Below are positions 14,420-26,663 of a stretch of 64,000 bases of DNA, piece by piece. Within the stretch, counting starts at the first letter, position 1. Every line of letters begins with the position of its first letter. The stretch covers positions 13,516,001-13,580,000 of the forward strand of contig NC_134025.1 of NCBI RefSeq assembly GCF_964204645.1, written 5' to 3'. The notes beneath the pieces are model-generated. The model was not told the DNA's origin. It ran no database searches and saw only the letters and a list, made by a program, of their open reading frames with translations. Origin of the DNA: Tubulanus polymorphus. Taxonomy: Eukaryota > Animalia > Nemertea. A program made the position numbers and the translations under genes.

Positions 14420-15567
14420 GCTATTAGCAAAGTGGAATTTCAAATTTGAAATCGAAGTTTTAAGAAATTTTGGGAATTATAAGATTTGGCGATTGGTTAG
14501 GGGATACAGGGTTCGACTGTAAATAGTGGTTTAATTTTTTTAATGAAAATTGTCAATAATGATAACTTGCGACCGACTTCATTTCACTTTTCCCTCCAAG
14601 CTGGTCTGCAACTTCATTGCCTCAACGGTTGAGGAAAGAGCTCTTCTGATGTCTGCTTCATCATGACTTAGGAGCATATCGTGTGGCCTAGCCCAGTCGG
14701 TTTGGCTGCTACTCGATATCCTCTCAACCCAGACTCAAGTTCTGGGTTGAAGGCAGTAGACTTCATTTGAAATAACTTGTTTATGTCATTCTGATTCATG
14801 AATTACGCATGTGTTTTGCATGTTGTATTTTCTTATTTTTAAATTTTAAACTTGTGTTTTGTATATAGTATTTCCTTGTTGTAAAATTTGTTGAATTTTG
14901 GAATTTCGTATGTAATATTTAACACAAGGATCAATAAAGAACTGAATTGAATTGTCACCTGATACACATGCCATCAGAGGATGCAGAGCCGTATATGACA
15001 GCTATGCTATTATAAATTGCTAATCAGGATTGTTCTTATGAAACCTGCATACCCCTAATACCGAAAATATTTTCTAAAACATTTGAATATTGAAATTATA
15101 TGTTTACACATTTCTATATTGGTCGCTGATTAAATTCATGCCGGCCCTACACAGATTGTAGATAGCTTTGTCATTCCACCAGCATCCCCATGTCAGGGTC
15201 TTACTTTTATATCAGACTTCCATGTATACATCCGCCATTTTGATCGAATAATCCGATTTACTTCTCATTTCTATTTACGCCTGCCGCTTCTGATATAATC
15301 ATACATCCATTACTATTACAATACGTCTTCTAATTATATGATATTCAATGCAATATAATATTTCGACGTTCAAATAGGGTTCATTATATAATCACAGGAA
15401 GACATTCTACATCTTTGTCAATAATATTTTGCCAAATAACTTGTATGTGATCACATAGACCTGTGACGTTTTACACATCCATTTACCGTTGTGATTTGTA
15501 AAATGATGGTGAATGGTTAACATTGTTTAGGTTTCATAATGGTAACATTTTATAAGGCGTCAAAAAA
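14420..15567 (-). mobile_element. HINE family C, diverged copy
   Basis: Colinear with 20657-21854 and 57857-59029, ending TTTTATAAGGCGTCAAAAAA. Confidence 0.8.
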
Positions 15568-16914
15568 TGTCGACAGATAATCGTTCTACCCTGACAGTGG
15601 TGTGGCTTTGGCCTTAAGCTAAGTATGAATATAAATCTTGAAATCTACGTTGCTTTACAAATTTCAAACCACTAGGAGCAATTTGATTCCATGTAAAGTA
15701 TGACCTGAATTGAAACTGTTCGATATCATTCCCTGTTCAATATGGCTGCAAGTTTGATAGTAAAAAAGGTTTATTCTAAGAAATTAAATGTCACTGAAGT
15801 TGGAATGGATCTCTTCAGAAAATTGGAGAAAGGCAGGAACCGAAAATATTTACATAAGGAGCCTGATAGCACCTTTAATAAAAATGCCAGTGTAGTGTTA
15901 TACGATATGGCTTTTAGTGAATTTATTTTCTGCCAATGGTAATCTGCTTGCAACAACACTGTTGATTGTTCAAATGGCTTACCTCTCGGCACTGTTCATT
16001 CGATGTTATACAGTTCCATCCCGGTCATGGAATTGTCCCTTTTTTCACCATTCTCAACGAGCTGATCCTCACGTCGCTCCGATGTCAATGATGAACAATA
16101 AGAGGCTTAGCATAAATTCGATACTGGGTACACATGTTTACGTAACGGCTCTAGAAATAGAAGAACAAAAACCCTGATTTTCACTTAACTTGAACAGGTT
16201 TTTAACATAAACTACTTCACACTCTTTATGAAAATGGAATCACTAAATCACTAAAATGTTTCACATATCACAGAATGTAAACATCAATAATGCTGATATC
16301 ATTTTTCAAACATGTGAATAACTGTCAAAGCGATCGAAGATCTTATTGAATCAATTAAATAAATTGCCCGTGGGCAAAGTGTGGTTTACCTTGAAAGCTA
16401 GAGGTTGTTTGGAGCGAGGGCATTGTTTATGAAAAATCTTTTTAATTCGTAAGTTTATTCTATAAGTTTATATCGTATTTTATATTTCTCAAAGAATTAT
16501 TTTGTAGAAGTATTTTGTTTACGGTCCACGTACACAATTTCATAGGGTACAGGTCGGTAGGGAATCTATATTTTATATTTTGAAAAAATATCTTGCACAA
16601 TATGAAAAAATATTCAAATAAAATTCATACGATGTTACCAATCAGAGGGTGGTTGAATATTGAAAGTATTGGAAACCTCTTACAAAGTAGGGCCGCGGAG
16701 GATAAAATACCGGTACCGTAAAAAATCGGCGTATGTAAGTAGATCGTTTTAAATCCTGGATTTTATACCACTAAAATATTCAGAGCTCGACCTATACAGA
16801 GTTTGCTGCTAACTATTTTTAGGTAACAAGAAATTACAATTTATTACAAATTCTATCAAACAGAAAACACAGCGCGTATCTTCTGCTATGAAAGTTTAAA
16901 TTTTCATATCAAAC

Positions 16915-16935
16915 GTGTGTGTGTGTGTGTGTGTG
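16915..16935. repeat. (GT)n microsatellite
   Basis: About 10 GT units. Confidence 0.9.
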
Positions 16936-16964
16936 CGCGTGCACGTGTGCGTCATCTATTCAAG

Positions 16965-17344
16965 ATTTTGAACCATTTGAATTTTAAAGTTTATGACTAA
17001 TTACGAATGACGCTAACTAGCGGTGATAATTTGTACTATGTGTATGTGATCTCTTATTGGCTGGAACCCCTGTGCTCAGTTCCGTCGCGTCGCAGATGAG
17101 CTTACGTCGGTTGCGATCGAAAGCAACTGTCCGCCTACCGCAGGCCCGAGTAGAACAACATGGGCAACTAGCCGGATACGACTTGCGACGAGTCGGTAGG
17201 CATCGGGTTGCCGTCGCAAGCCGGCTTATGTCAAGCCAATAGAGCAGCAACTGGCGGCCTCTCATAGGCCGCTAGTTGCCACTAATCGGCGATAAACCAG
17301 TTGCATCGGTAGGCGCCGCATTGCTTGTCGACATAAGCCAGTCT
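16965..17344 (-). mobile_element. Left half of Harbinger family A, inverted
   Basis: Reverse complement of 42722-42875, 50335-50540 and 50945-51075. TIR TTGCTTGTCGACATAAGCCAGTCT followed by TAA. Confidence 0.8.
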
Positions 17345-18505
17345 TAAGTGAATGTTCACTTACTTGTCAATCAAAACAATCACCCGGGTATTAAAATGAA
17401 GCAAAACCTATGACAGATATGTGAAATAATTATATTCTCACCAGCAATGAGCATTTGGAATTCGTGAGTGTAAAGCAATGAAACTTTCACCATTATGGCC
17501 TTTCCATAATTATTTTAGTAGTACCGGAATTCCCCGTATATCCCAAAAACAGCCAATCACATTCGCTCGCAGAGATGACTCCCCCAATCGAGGTCATTGC
17601 AATTTTACACGCTAGAGCTAACTAGGGGTCCAGGGACACCATGCCCACTTGGGAAGTGGTTTCAAATGCTCAACAATCTAACAATTTCAATATTCAACGC
17701 CCCTGGACCCATATACAAAAACCAAAGACCTTGAAACCCACCACAATCATAGAACATTTCAGCAGCTACGATTTTGTAATTGATTGTGATAACAAAATAT
17801 GCCACGTTACCAATCTAATATGGAAATACTAAGTTGCTTTACTATTCAACGCCCCCTGGTGACCATATGCAAAACTCAATGACCTTGAAACTCTCCACAA
17901 TCATAGAACATGTCATGACTTACAACTTTGCAATTGATCATGGTAACAAGATATGCCTAGGTACCAATCTAATAAGGAAATACTAAGTTATTCTACTATT
18001 CAATGCCCCCTGGTGACCATATAGAATAACTAATGTCCTTAAAACTCACCACAATCATAGATGATGTCCTGAGCTACAACTTTGCAATTGATTGTGATTA
18101 CAAAATATGCATAGGTACAAATATAATATAGAAATACTAAGTTATTGTATTATTCAACGCCTCCTGGTGGCCATATACAAAAACCAATGACCTGAAAACT
18201 CACCAAAATCATAGAACATGTTATGGGCTACAACTTTCCAATTGATTGTAGTAACACAATATGCTTAGGTATCAATATAATGTCGAAAAACTTTTTCCCA
18301 CCTACGAATGAGTACTGATGACACCAAGATGGCCTCCAATTGCGTCATAATTGGCTGATCAAGAATACCTGTCTCAGGTATAAAACATCCCTTTCCAAAG
18401 AATACCCAATTTTTCTTAAGCTGATGGGTCCTTTGGGGGTTCAAATATATACAAACCATCAAGGTAATTGATCAAAGCGTCTTCAAAATTTCTCTCAAAA
18501 ACTTC

Positions 18506-19886
18506 AATAAAGGACCATGGGTCCAGTTAGTCAGTAACCTGTCAGTGGTTTAGTTTCACCATCGGATATTTTCACAAACCACAGTCAGGAATGGGAAGGA
18601 CATTTTTGTATGAAATCTTCGTCAGCCAATTTGACTGACGAGTAATTTGCCTGGCATTTCATTGTCTCTTAAGATATCTGTCTAATTTTTGTTGTAATCG
18701 ACGCACAACAGATTCGTAGTTTGTCTGATACCTATAACACCTCACCTGACGATCTTAATCCATGTGCAAATCGGCCGTAAAGTGAGAGTAAATTTCCGTC
18801 CAGTCAACAGCTGCCATTTTGAAAATTACTGGAGGTGCTGGCACCTGTGGACTGAGGCCAGGACAACAGCACAAACTAACAAAGCGAAACGACGAAATTA
18901 AAAAAAATTAAGAAATCAATACTTATTCACATTTTTCTTTTACCAGAAATTTATTATTTCATTATTTGTTATGGAAAACACGAAGATTTGAAATAAAAGT
19001 TGGAAAACCATCAAAAATAAAAATTGTCGTTTCGTCTTGGAAGTTTTATATAAATCCTTGTAGGTCCCCTTGTCTTATCATGCCACATGTGCAATACAGA
19101 GAAATGGCGGCCAATGGCGAAATTTGTGGAGAAATTAATTAATTTCTCAAAATAATGTTGATTAATCACTCGAAACATACATAAAATTGGATTATTTCGA
19201 AAGGTACCTGTGTTAGTTTGTGAATAAAGCCATTAATTGTGGACTGAAGTGAATAGAAAGTATATTTTTGAAGTGTTACTTTTTTCAACCGTGTTTTGGT
19301 CCTTGTCATCCCTAACGTTGGTATAAGCCCATCCGATTATAAAAAGCTTACCACCAACGATTAGGTAACTAACTAGGGTCCAGTAGGATCAACTGAGTAC
19401 ATTTTACATTTGAGCACAAAAATGGATTTGTTCTCGATTTGAAATAACGTATAAACAGCTAATAAAGATGAAACATGGTGCACTGTGTAGTAGAAGCATG
19501 TTCAACTTTGATGATATACATGTTACTGGGTTTCCCTATTACTGCTTGATAATGATGTCACTGGAAAAGCCCTTCTAAAGAGCTTTCCAAGTGATACCCT
19601 CCTGAAGGGCTTTCCCTGTGATGTCATCATCAAGAAACAAGGTCAAGCATCGATTTGTAGAATGGGGGAAAGATTCATTGAAATTTTGCACATTTTCTCC
19701 CAGTACTTCCAAATAGCTTAAAGCTGATGGATGAAATTGGCCATATTAATTCTACCACCTATCTCCCTCCAAATGAAAAAAATATCAGCAGTGTATATTC
19801 AATGGTTACAATTTGTGCCACCAAGAGCTAACAGAGAGTTATTCTCAGAACCATTCTATAAGGATCAACACAGTTGATCCTAAAAA
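18506..19886 (-). mobile_element. HINE family B nested in HINE-A
   Basis: Hairpin GGACC-ATG-GGTCC at the left end. Perfect 12-bp subTIR TAGGATCAACTG (19384) / CAGTTGATCCTA (19871). Right-end hairpin AGGATCAAC-ACA-GTTGATCCT followed by an A-run. Confidence 0.75.
18524..19375. mobile_element. Non-autonomous TIR DNA transposon nested in HINE-B
   Basis: GGGTC is duplicated at 18519-18523 and 19376-19380. Imperfect ~45-bp TIRs CAGTTAGT...ATCGGAT / ATCCGAT...ACTAACTA. A diverged relative of the right arm lies at about 11505-11640. Confidence 0.65.
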
Positions 19887-20656
19887 TGTTGATTTTGGCG
19901 AACAACAATGGCTGCCAGTCGGCCATCTTGATTCTGACAGGGCCAGTCTTTGGGCTGAAGATGTGTCTAGGGTAGATACATGTGTAACCCAAATATCAAG
20001 ACATTACATTGAAGCGTCTTCAAAACTTCAAAAAATAACTGGATTCCGTCTACGGACGGATGGACGGACGACGGACGAAAAGTGAATGCAATAGCCCGCT
20101 GGGACTAAAGTCCCAAGTGGGCTAAAAAAGTTTCCGTCAAAAACAGTTTTTCGGCGAATTTTAACAAAGTTGACCATGTCATCGACGGAGGTTTGCCATG
20201 TCTTTGATCGCATCGATTATATGTCGTTAAGGCCGAGAAGCAATGAAACAAATGCTCACATAAAAAAACGGAACGCGATTTTACATAATTGGCTCAATTC
20301 CAACTTCAATATCGCTAACGAAGGTAAACCAAAAATCAACAGACTTGAACAGTCAATAGCAGCATCTACACGAGATTCTGAGCCCGCTCTAGTTATGCCG
20401 TATTGAGAGTGATTTCAAGATAGATGGCGTTTCAATTCTATCATCGTGTTCTTGGATATATCTTATTTCCATTCTTAACCAACTCTCCTACCTTCTGAAT
20501 GACAGTTTGAACTGCCGATTAGGTGTTACAACTATGAATGTAGCTAATGTGAGCGAAGTACGTTCATATTGCTATCATTTAGCATCAAATAATGTGAATA
20601 TAACTGCTTATTTATCTTCGTTCTTATTAGTGGCTTTTTATGTTAAAAACAGGAGT

Positions 20657-21854
20657 AACAAGAAAATTAATTTTAGAAAATTATTTGACGCCTGCGAAAA
20701 AAATGTATAATTTCTGGGCTAAGCTAATGTGGAATTGCAAATTTGAAATCGAAGTTTTAAGAAATTTGGGGAATGATGAGATTTGGCGATTGGGTAGATG
20801 ATACAGCGGGTCTTCGACTCTAGTAGTGGTTTAAATTTTTTTATTGAAAATTCTCAATAATTGATCGCGAACTTGCGACCGACTTCATTTACTTATGGCT
20901 CTAAGCTGGTCTGCAACTTCATTGCCTCCATGGTTGAAGAACGAGCTCTTCTGATGTCTGCTTCATCATGACTTCGAGCATATTGTGTGGCCTAGCCAGC
21001 CGGCCCGGTCCCCGGGCCCGGGCCACGGGTTTGGCTGTCACTCGATATCCTAGAGTCTTGAGTCTGGGTGGGTTGAAGTAGACATTGTCATTTAAAATAA
21101 CATGCTTATGTTGTTCTGTATGAATTACCCGTGTGTCATGTATGTTGTATTAATTTATTTTAAAATTTGTATTTATTGAATTTGGGAATTTTATCCCGAA
21201 ATTTCAATGTAATAAGGATCAATAAAGAATTCAATTGAATTGTCACCTAATACACATGCCATCAGAGGACGCAGAGCCGTATATGATAGCTATGCTATTA
21301 TTAATTGCTAATCTCACGAAACCTGCATACTCCTAATATCAAACATATTTTCTAAAACGTTTGAATATTGAAATTATATGTTTACACATTTTCATATTGA
21401 CCGCTTGTAGCCGCTGATGAAATTCACGCCGGCCCTACACACATCGTAGATAGCTCCGTCATTCCACCGGCATGCCCACGTCAGGGTCTGACTTTTATAT
21501 CAGACTTCCGCATCGTGTATACATCCGCCTTTTAACCGAATAATCCGATTTACTTATCATTTCTATTTATGCCTGCCGCTTCTGATATAATCATACATCC
21601 TTTACTATTACAATACGTCTTCAAATGATATTCAATGCAATATAACATTTCGACGTTCAAATATAGGTCATTATATAATCACAGGAAGCCATTCTACATC
21701 TATGTCAATAATATTTTGCCAGATAGCTTGTTTGTGTACACATAGACCTGTGACGTTTTGCACATCGATTTACGGCTGTCGTTTGTAAAATGACGCTGAA
21801 TGGTTAACATTGTTTAGGTTTCATAATGGTAACGTTTTATAAGGCGTCAAAAAA
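20657..21854 (-). mobile_element. HINE family C, complete copy
   Basis: AACAAGAAAATTAATTTTAGAAAATTATTTGACGCCT ... AGGCGTCAAAAAA, with subTIR TTTGACGCCT/AGGCGTCAAA. Highly similar to 57857-59029. Confidence 0.85.
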
Positions 21855-22340
21855 TCGGGTAAAAATTGCCATGTGAGTGAATAGATCACACTCATTCCCT
21901 TGGTTGAGTGTACTGTGGTACAATACGCAGCTTGCTTATAGCGCTGAATCACACCTACAGAGCCAGCCCAGCACTGCATCGAGATCGGGTTTTCGGTGCA
22001 ATTTTGGTAATAGTACACTTAGTACCGTACTGAAATTATTATGTGACATTAAGAAACATATCTCAGACCATAATGCAGACATGTTTTGAACGAAAAAATT
22101 CCAATGTTTTCTCAGGGCTATAGATTAGCATGTGAGCTAAAATAATGGTGATTTCTCCAGACATGAAGGACTTCAAATGAAACTTGTATACATGTATATC
22201 ATATATCGACTTCTGAATATATATCTTTTTCAAATAAAGAAAGTATGAACAGAAAAATAGAGATAACAGTTACATGATTTTCCTCTCCCAATAGAGAACA
22301 CCATGTTTTGTGTCACTTCTGACGCTTATTTTAAAATCAA

Positions 22341-23602
22341 AACAAGGTGCCCTTGGGCACTGTTAGATTCAGCGCAGAAGTTAGTGAATTGAAGGAGTTA
22401 ATCGTATCCATCACACTAGGCCATACATTGGTTTAGTAAGGTGCTCTATCAGCTTATACTTGACATAAAAGGAAATGCATGTTATGAAAGTATCAGGTAA
22501 TTAGATTTTAAATGACCAACAGTTGTTTATACAAGGAAGAGAAGGTGAATACGTAACCCATTTTAAGTAGGCCTAATAGATTTGGAAATGAAATACATAT
22601 AATCATTATAAATTATAAGCCTCCTAATAAATCATAAGGTTTCATTAAATCAAAAGCATCTCAGATGTCATATTTTCGTTGCTGAAGCTGAAGTCAAATC
22701 TAGCTGTATCGGGAGATGAAAAAGTATTCTAAGTTCCATACAAACTCTGTCCGGATTTTAAGGATTCAAAGCCAAGACCTAAAGCTAAAAAATTGATACC
22801 TTGTCTCTCCACTCAGTGCTGAGCTTCATAGTTGACACAGCCGGCCACATATCTACCTTGTAAATTACTTTTTTAAACCATGATCAATGATATTTTACTA
22901 TATCAGACTCGGCAGTTGAGAAATGAGCTGATAAAGTTTATAACATTTTACAACTACACAGATTCTTTCTGAGTGGTTGGGCTAGCCTATCTATTTTACA
23001 TTACAGTGCACCAGCTCACACGAACAACATATACGTAAGAGCGGTACCTATTCGCCGGACAGAAGCGACAGTCAACATTCCCTCGTAAGATCATTCTATC
23101 TGCAAGGCAGCTTACACCAAGCCGTTTGAGAGAAAGCGCAGATCGCAGCTTCCCTACTATGTAACCATCTCTTCATAAACCGTAGCATCAAGCATTAGTA
23201 GACGCTGGGGTCAACAAGACAGTTCCCACGCATAGGCAGCTGCCGTTCAACACGAATTCAGCACTCCATTGTATACTAATAAGCCGCGATCACACGGAGA
23301 CGATTTGGCCCGGGCCAAATTGGCACGGATCAGGCTCGGGCCAAATTTGGCCCGTGAATAATTAGACAGCGCATTCACACGCAAACCATTCACTCGATAC
23401 TAACCAATGCTCAAACAAAGCGAAGTGGATCATTTCGGGTGCCAGTTGCAATTTAAACGCAATCATTTGTCTGGTGCTAGAATTTGGCTATTTGGCCCGG
23501 GCCCATTTGGCACCCATGTGAACAGTTGTTCCGGGCCAAATTTGGCACGGGCCAAAAATGCTCGTGTGATCGCGGCTATAGATTCAGCTGCGCTGAATCT
23601 AA
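22341..23602 (-). mobile_element. HINE family D
   Basis: AACAAG, then hairpin GTGCCC-TT-GGGCAC, then a perfect 14-bp subTIR TAGATTCAGCGCAG (22364) / CTGCGCTGAATCTA (23588). Confidence 0.75.
23282..23577. mobile_element. Harbinger-like MITE family B, intact, nested in HINE-D
   Basis: Perfect 15-bp TIR AGCCGCGATCACACG / CGTGTGATCGCGGCT with an ATA TSD. Confidence 0.85.
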
Positions 23603-24528
23603 TTACACTTGTCTAGGGCAAATGACAGGTGATTTTACCCCGATTCTCTGTCGCACAATAATAAACATCGTTGACCCATTAATGAGCGACAATTTACCGT
23701 GATTTTGCAGAAATTGCAGTTGCACTAAAATCACATGAAAAATAGCCCTTAGATATTTCTTTATAGAAAAATAATCAATACAAAAATGAATTATTTCTAA
23801 TAACTACAAATGGGTTGTGACTGATGCAGCATTTGGACAGCATTGATTTTCCATTTAAAAAAATTCAAAAAGTACAGAGATGATAAACTAGTACTTGATA
23901 TTAAGTATCTACCTGAAGTGATGTGAAAATATCACCCCACACAATACTTAAAAACAACACATATCCATGACGATATTCTTCAAAAACCTACCCTCAAGTC
24001 TTTAGAAAATGCTCTCAATTCGAAATCGATATTTCATAGAATTTCACACATGAGCGTGAGCTTTTCTTAAACAAAATAATCTATTTAACACCACCTACAA
24101 TGCAGTGCAGATGCATCCGATGAAAGCAAAGAATTGTCAGGGTATTTCAATTTGACGCAAAAAAAGTCATACGCCACATCTATATACACAGAAAAGTGAT
24201 CTGTGGGGGAAATTAAGCAAATCAAATTTGTAAGCGATTGGATTAAAAGCAACTAAGCCCATGAATTTCTAATGATTGATCTAAGTGTTGCAGGCAGGGT
24301 TCTTATTTCTGTCAGTCGGCACCAACAATTCCATCTGTTTCATCAACATATTTCAACTGAAGTCCTGCCCAAAGAACAACTGTGTATACTTGACAATGAA
24401 ACAGGAAGTTTTTGTTAGGCCATCTACCTAAGACTAGGGGCAAACAAGTGTACCTTTTCACAGACTATGTTGACTGAAATTTGACAGTGAATTTAAGGCG
24501 CGCTCACACCACATTTGGACTGGTCTAA

Positions 24529-25496
24529 AGCGGCACTCAGGTCGCCCTTACATCTGCGACTACAACTGGTAGCGACTGATTTGAGCAACTGGCAGCGATC
24601 GTCAGCGAATGGTTCTGCGCCAGTCCCAGCCACCTGAGCGCGTCTACAACTGACGGCAACAGGTTGGCGACGTAAAAACTGCCGGTACGAGTTGAACGCG
24701 TCACAGAGACTACCACTAGTTGTGCGGCGTTTTGGTCGACCTGAGCGCTTCTGCAATCAGTTTCCGATATCCAACTAAGATGTCCTTCACTTTGCCGCTG
24801 TTTATGGTTTCGAGTCCTGCTATATAATGTTTATCAAAACAATTTTATTTGGGCCGCTTTTTGTCAATAACTGACTTTTTGTTCATTCTATAAACACTGA
24901 TAAATAGAACCGTCTTCATCTCGAAATTGACTCTAAAATGTGATTTTTGGATGAAAATGACAAACTACTTTATTGCCTTATTATTAGCAGATTGAATCGA
25001 ATTGAATTGATGAATCCCTGCAATGAGACTTGGCCTAATTTGCTTAAATCCAGGAAGAAAGACACTCTAAATATTTGGATGGATACATGAAAGCTGTGGG
25101 TACTGGAGTTTGTAATGCGTAGTGTAGTGTGATCTGTGTGCATTTGTGGCCAGCACACAGATCACATTGTTCAATGGGGTTTGGTCCAGGACTCGCGAGA
25201 TTTTCAACAACACGGAAGTAACGTGTAATAAATGATGACTAAATAATGAATGATTCAGTCAGAAACAAAAATACGCGCTGATAAACATGGGCGGCGCTAT
25301 TTTGAAGAGATCACGCTATCAATTAAATCGTGCCTTGCAGCAACGGTCGTAGGCGACCTGAACGCGCAGCTGATTAGCGTTGAACGTCTTAATCAGTTGC
25401 TGGCAGTCGTTGCTATAGGTCTTGTTGTAAGCGACCTGACCTCTACAACTAGTGGTCTTCAGTTGCGTCGCGTCGTAGGGCGACCTGAGTGCCCCT
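24529..25496. mobile_element. Harbinger-like MITE family C, inserted in an older GACTGGTCTAAA-type MITE (~24496-25730)
   Basis: TIRs AGCGGCACTCAGGTCGCCCT / AGGGCGACCTGAGTGCCCCT with a TAA TSD at 24526 and 25497. Confidence 0.8.
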
Positions 25497-26024
25497 TAAA
25501 TTTTTAGACTGGACCAAGCATTCGCCTGAGTGCCCCTTAAATTTTTAGACTGGACCAAGCGTTCACATGGCAAAAATTCCAATCCAAATAGGTCCGATCC
25601 ATTTTCGACCGATCTAATTCAGGCGATCTAAAAGAACAAACCAGGTCCGGTCAAAATTTTGGAACGGACTAAAAATGTGTGTGTGCACAGAAACTGGTAC
25701 CAGGCCCAGTCTAAATCTGCGGTATGAATTCAATTGTATCTAACTAGTCACCAATTCGTCATCAAGCTGATTAATATACCATGTTATTTCTATATTGCCT
25801 AAAAATTAATGTGTATGCTAACGGATTATTATTAATCTTAAAATCATAGCGTGTTGCTTGTGGAGTATATATCCATTTCAATTGTTCTGAAAATAACCTA
25901 GAATCTATCACAGCTTGATGTGTCCAGGTACATGATGAACTGCCATCATCAGAATTGTTCAAATAAAAAACTGCCACAGACTCATAAATCTATCATTTAG
26001 ATAGAAGTTTTAGGGTAAAATACT

Positions 26025-26663
26025 TATGGTGGCATCTTGTGGGCCCAGACATAACGATCTGTAGCCAATTTAGCAACGCAAGTGTGAATGCACACTCAGA
26101 TTTGGTCTGGTGCATATTTGGACCTGGTGCGGACCCTTTTCGACCGGTCTAACTAGTTGTCGTGGGAATGCTGCTTTATACACCCGGGTCTCAAACTAGC
26201 AAACAACTACATGAAGTGATCTCAATAGCTATCGTCAAAAATCTCTTAATGTATTTTGTTATCACTAGTCAGACAGGGGACAGTCGATCGCCTCTTGCAG
26301 CAATCAGCAATTGGGGCGGCAATTTTATAGACCAGAATAAATTTGCGAATACGTGCGCGTGATCACAAAAAATTCTTTAAAAATTTTGTTGTGTCAAGCA
26401 TGTTAGATATTGTGTGATGAGTCTCAGCGATTTTCAAGCCATTTCTCAGTTGCACTAAAATGGCATGAAAAAAATGGCCTGTCTGCACCAGTCTTTATAT
26501 TGCCCATACCAGGAATGGACCAATCTAGAACAGGCCAGATCAAGGCTGTGCATTCATCATCTGTTACATCTGGTCCAGCTATACACAGAACTGTGAATGG
26601 AAGGCATGCAAGTTTCATTTTGCAAATAAAAGAAATTCTACTTAGTCCGAATCAGCCACCATA
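26025..26663. mobile_element. TATGG...CCATA-terminated (IS3EU-like) non-autonomous element
   Basis: TIR TATGGTGGC / GCCACCATA. Flanks AAATACT / ACATACA match at 5 of 7 bases. Confidence 0.45.

Larger units (their letters stand above)
17620..20129 (-). mobile_element. HINE family A, copy 2 (four repeats), split by nested insertions at 18506-19886
   Basis: Same termini as copy 1. Units start at about 17694, 17846, 18000 and 18154. Homology stops at about 18505 and resumes at about 19883. A GGAC microsatellite lies at 20052-20078. Confidence 0.85.

Noticed and set aside
21410-21450. CTGATGA as a second hammerhead core (also ~58587)
   Set aside because: No stem II followed by GAAA and a cleavage triplet.
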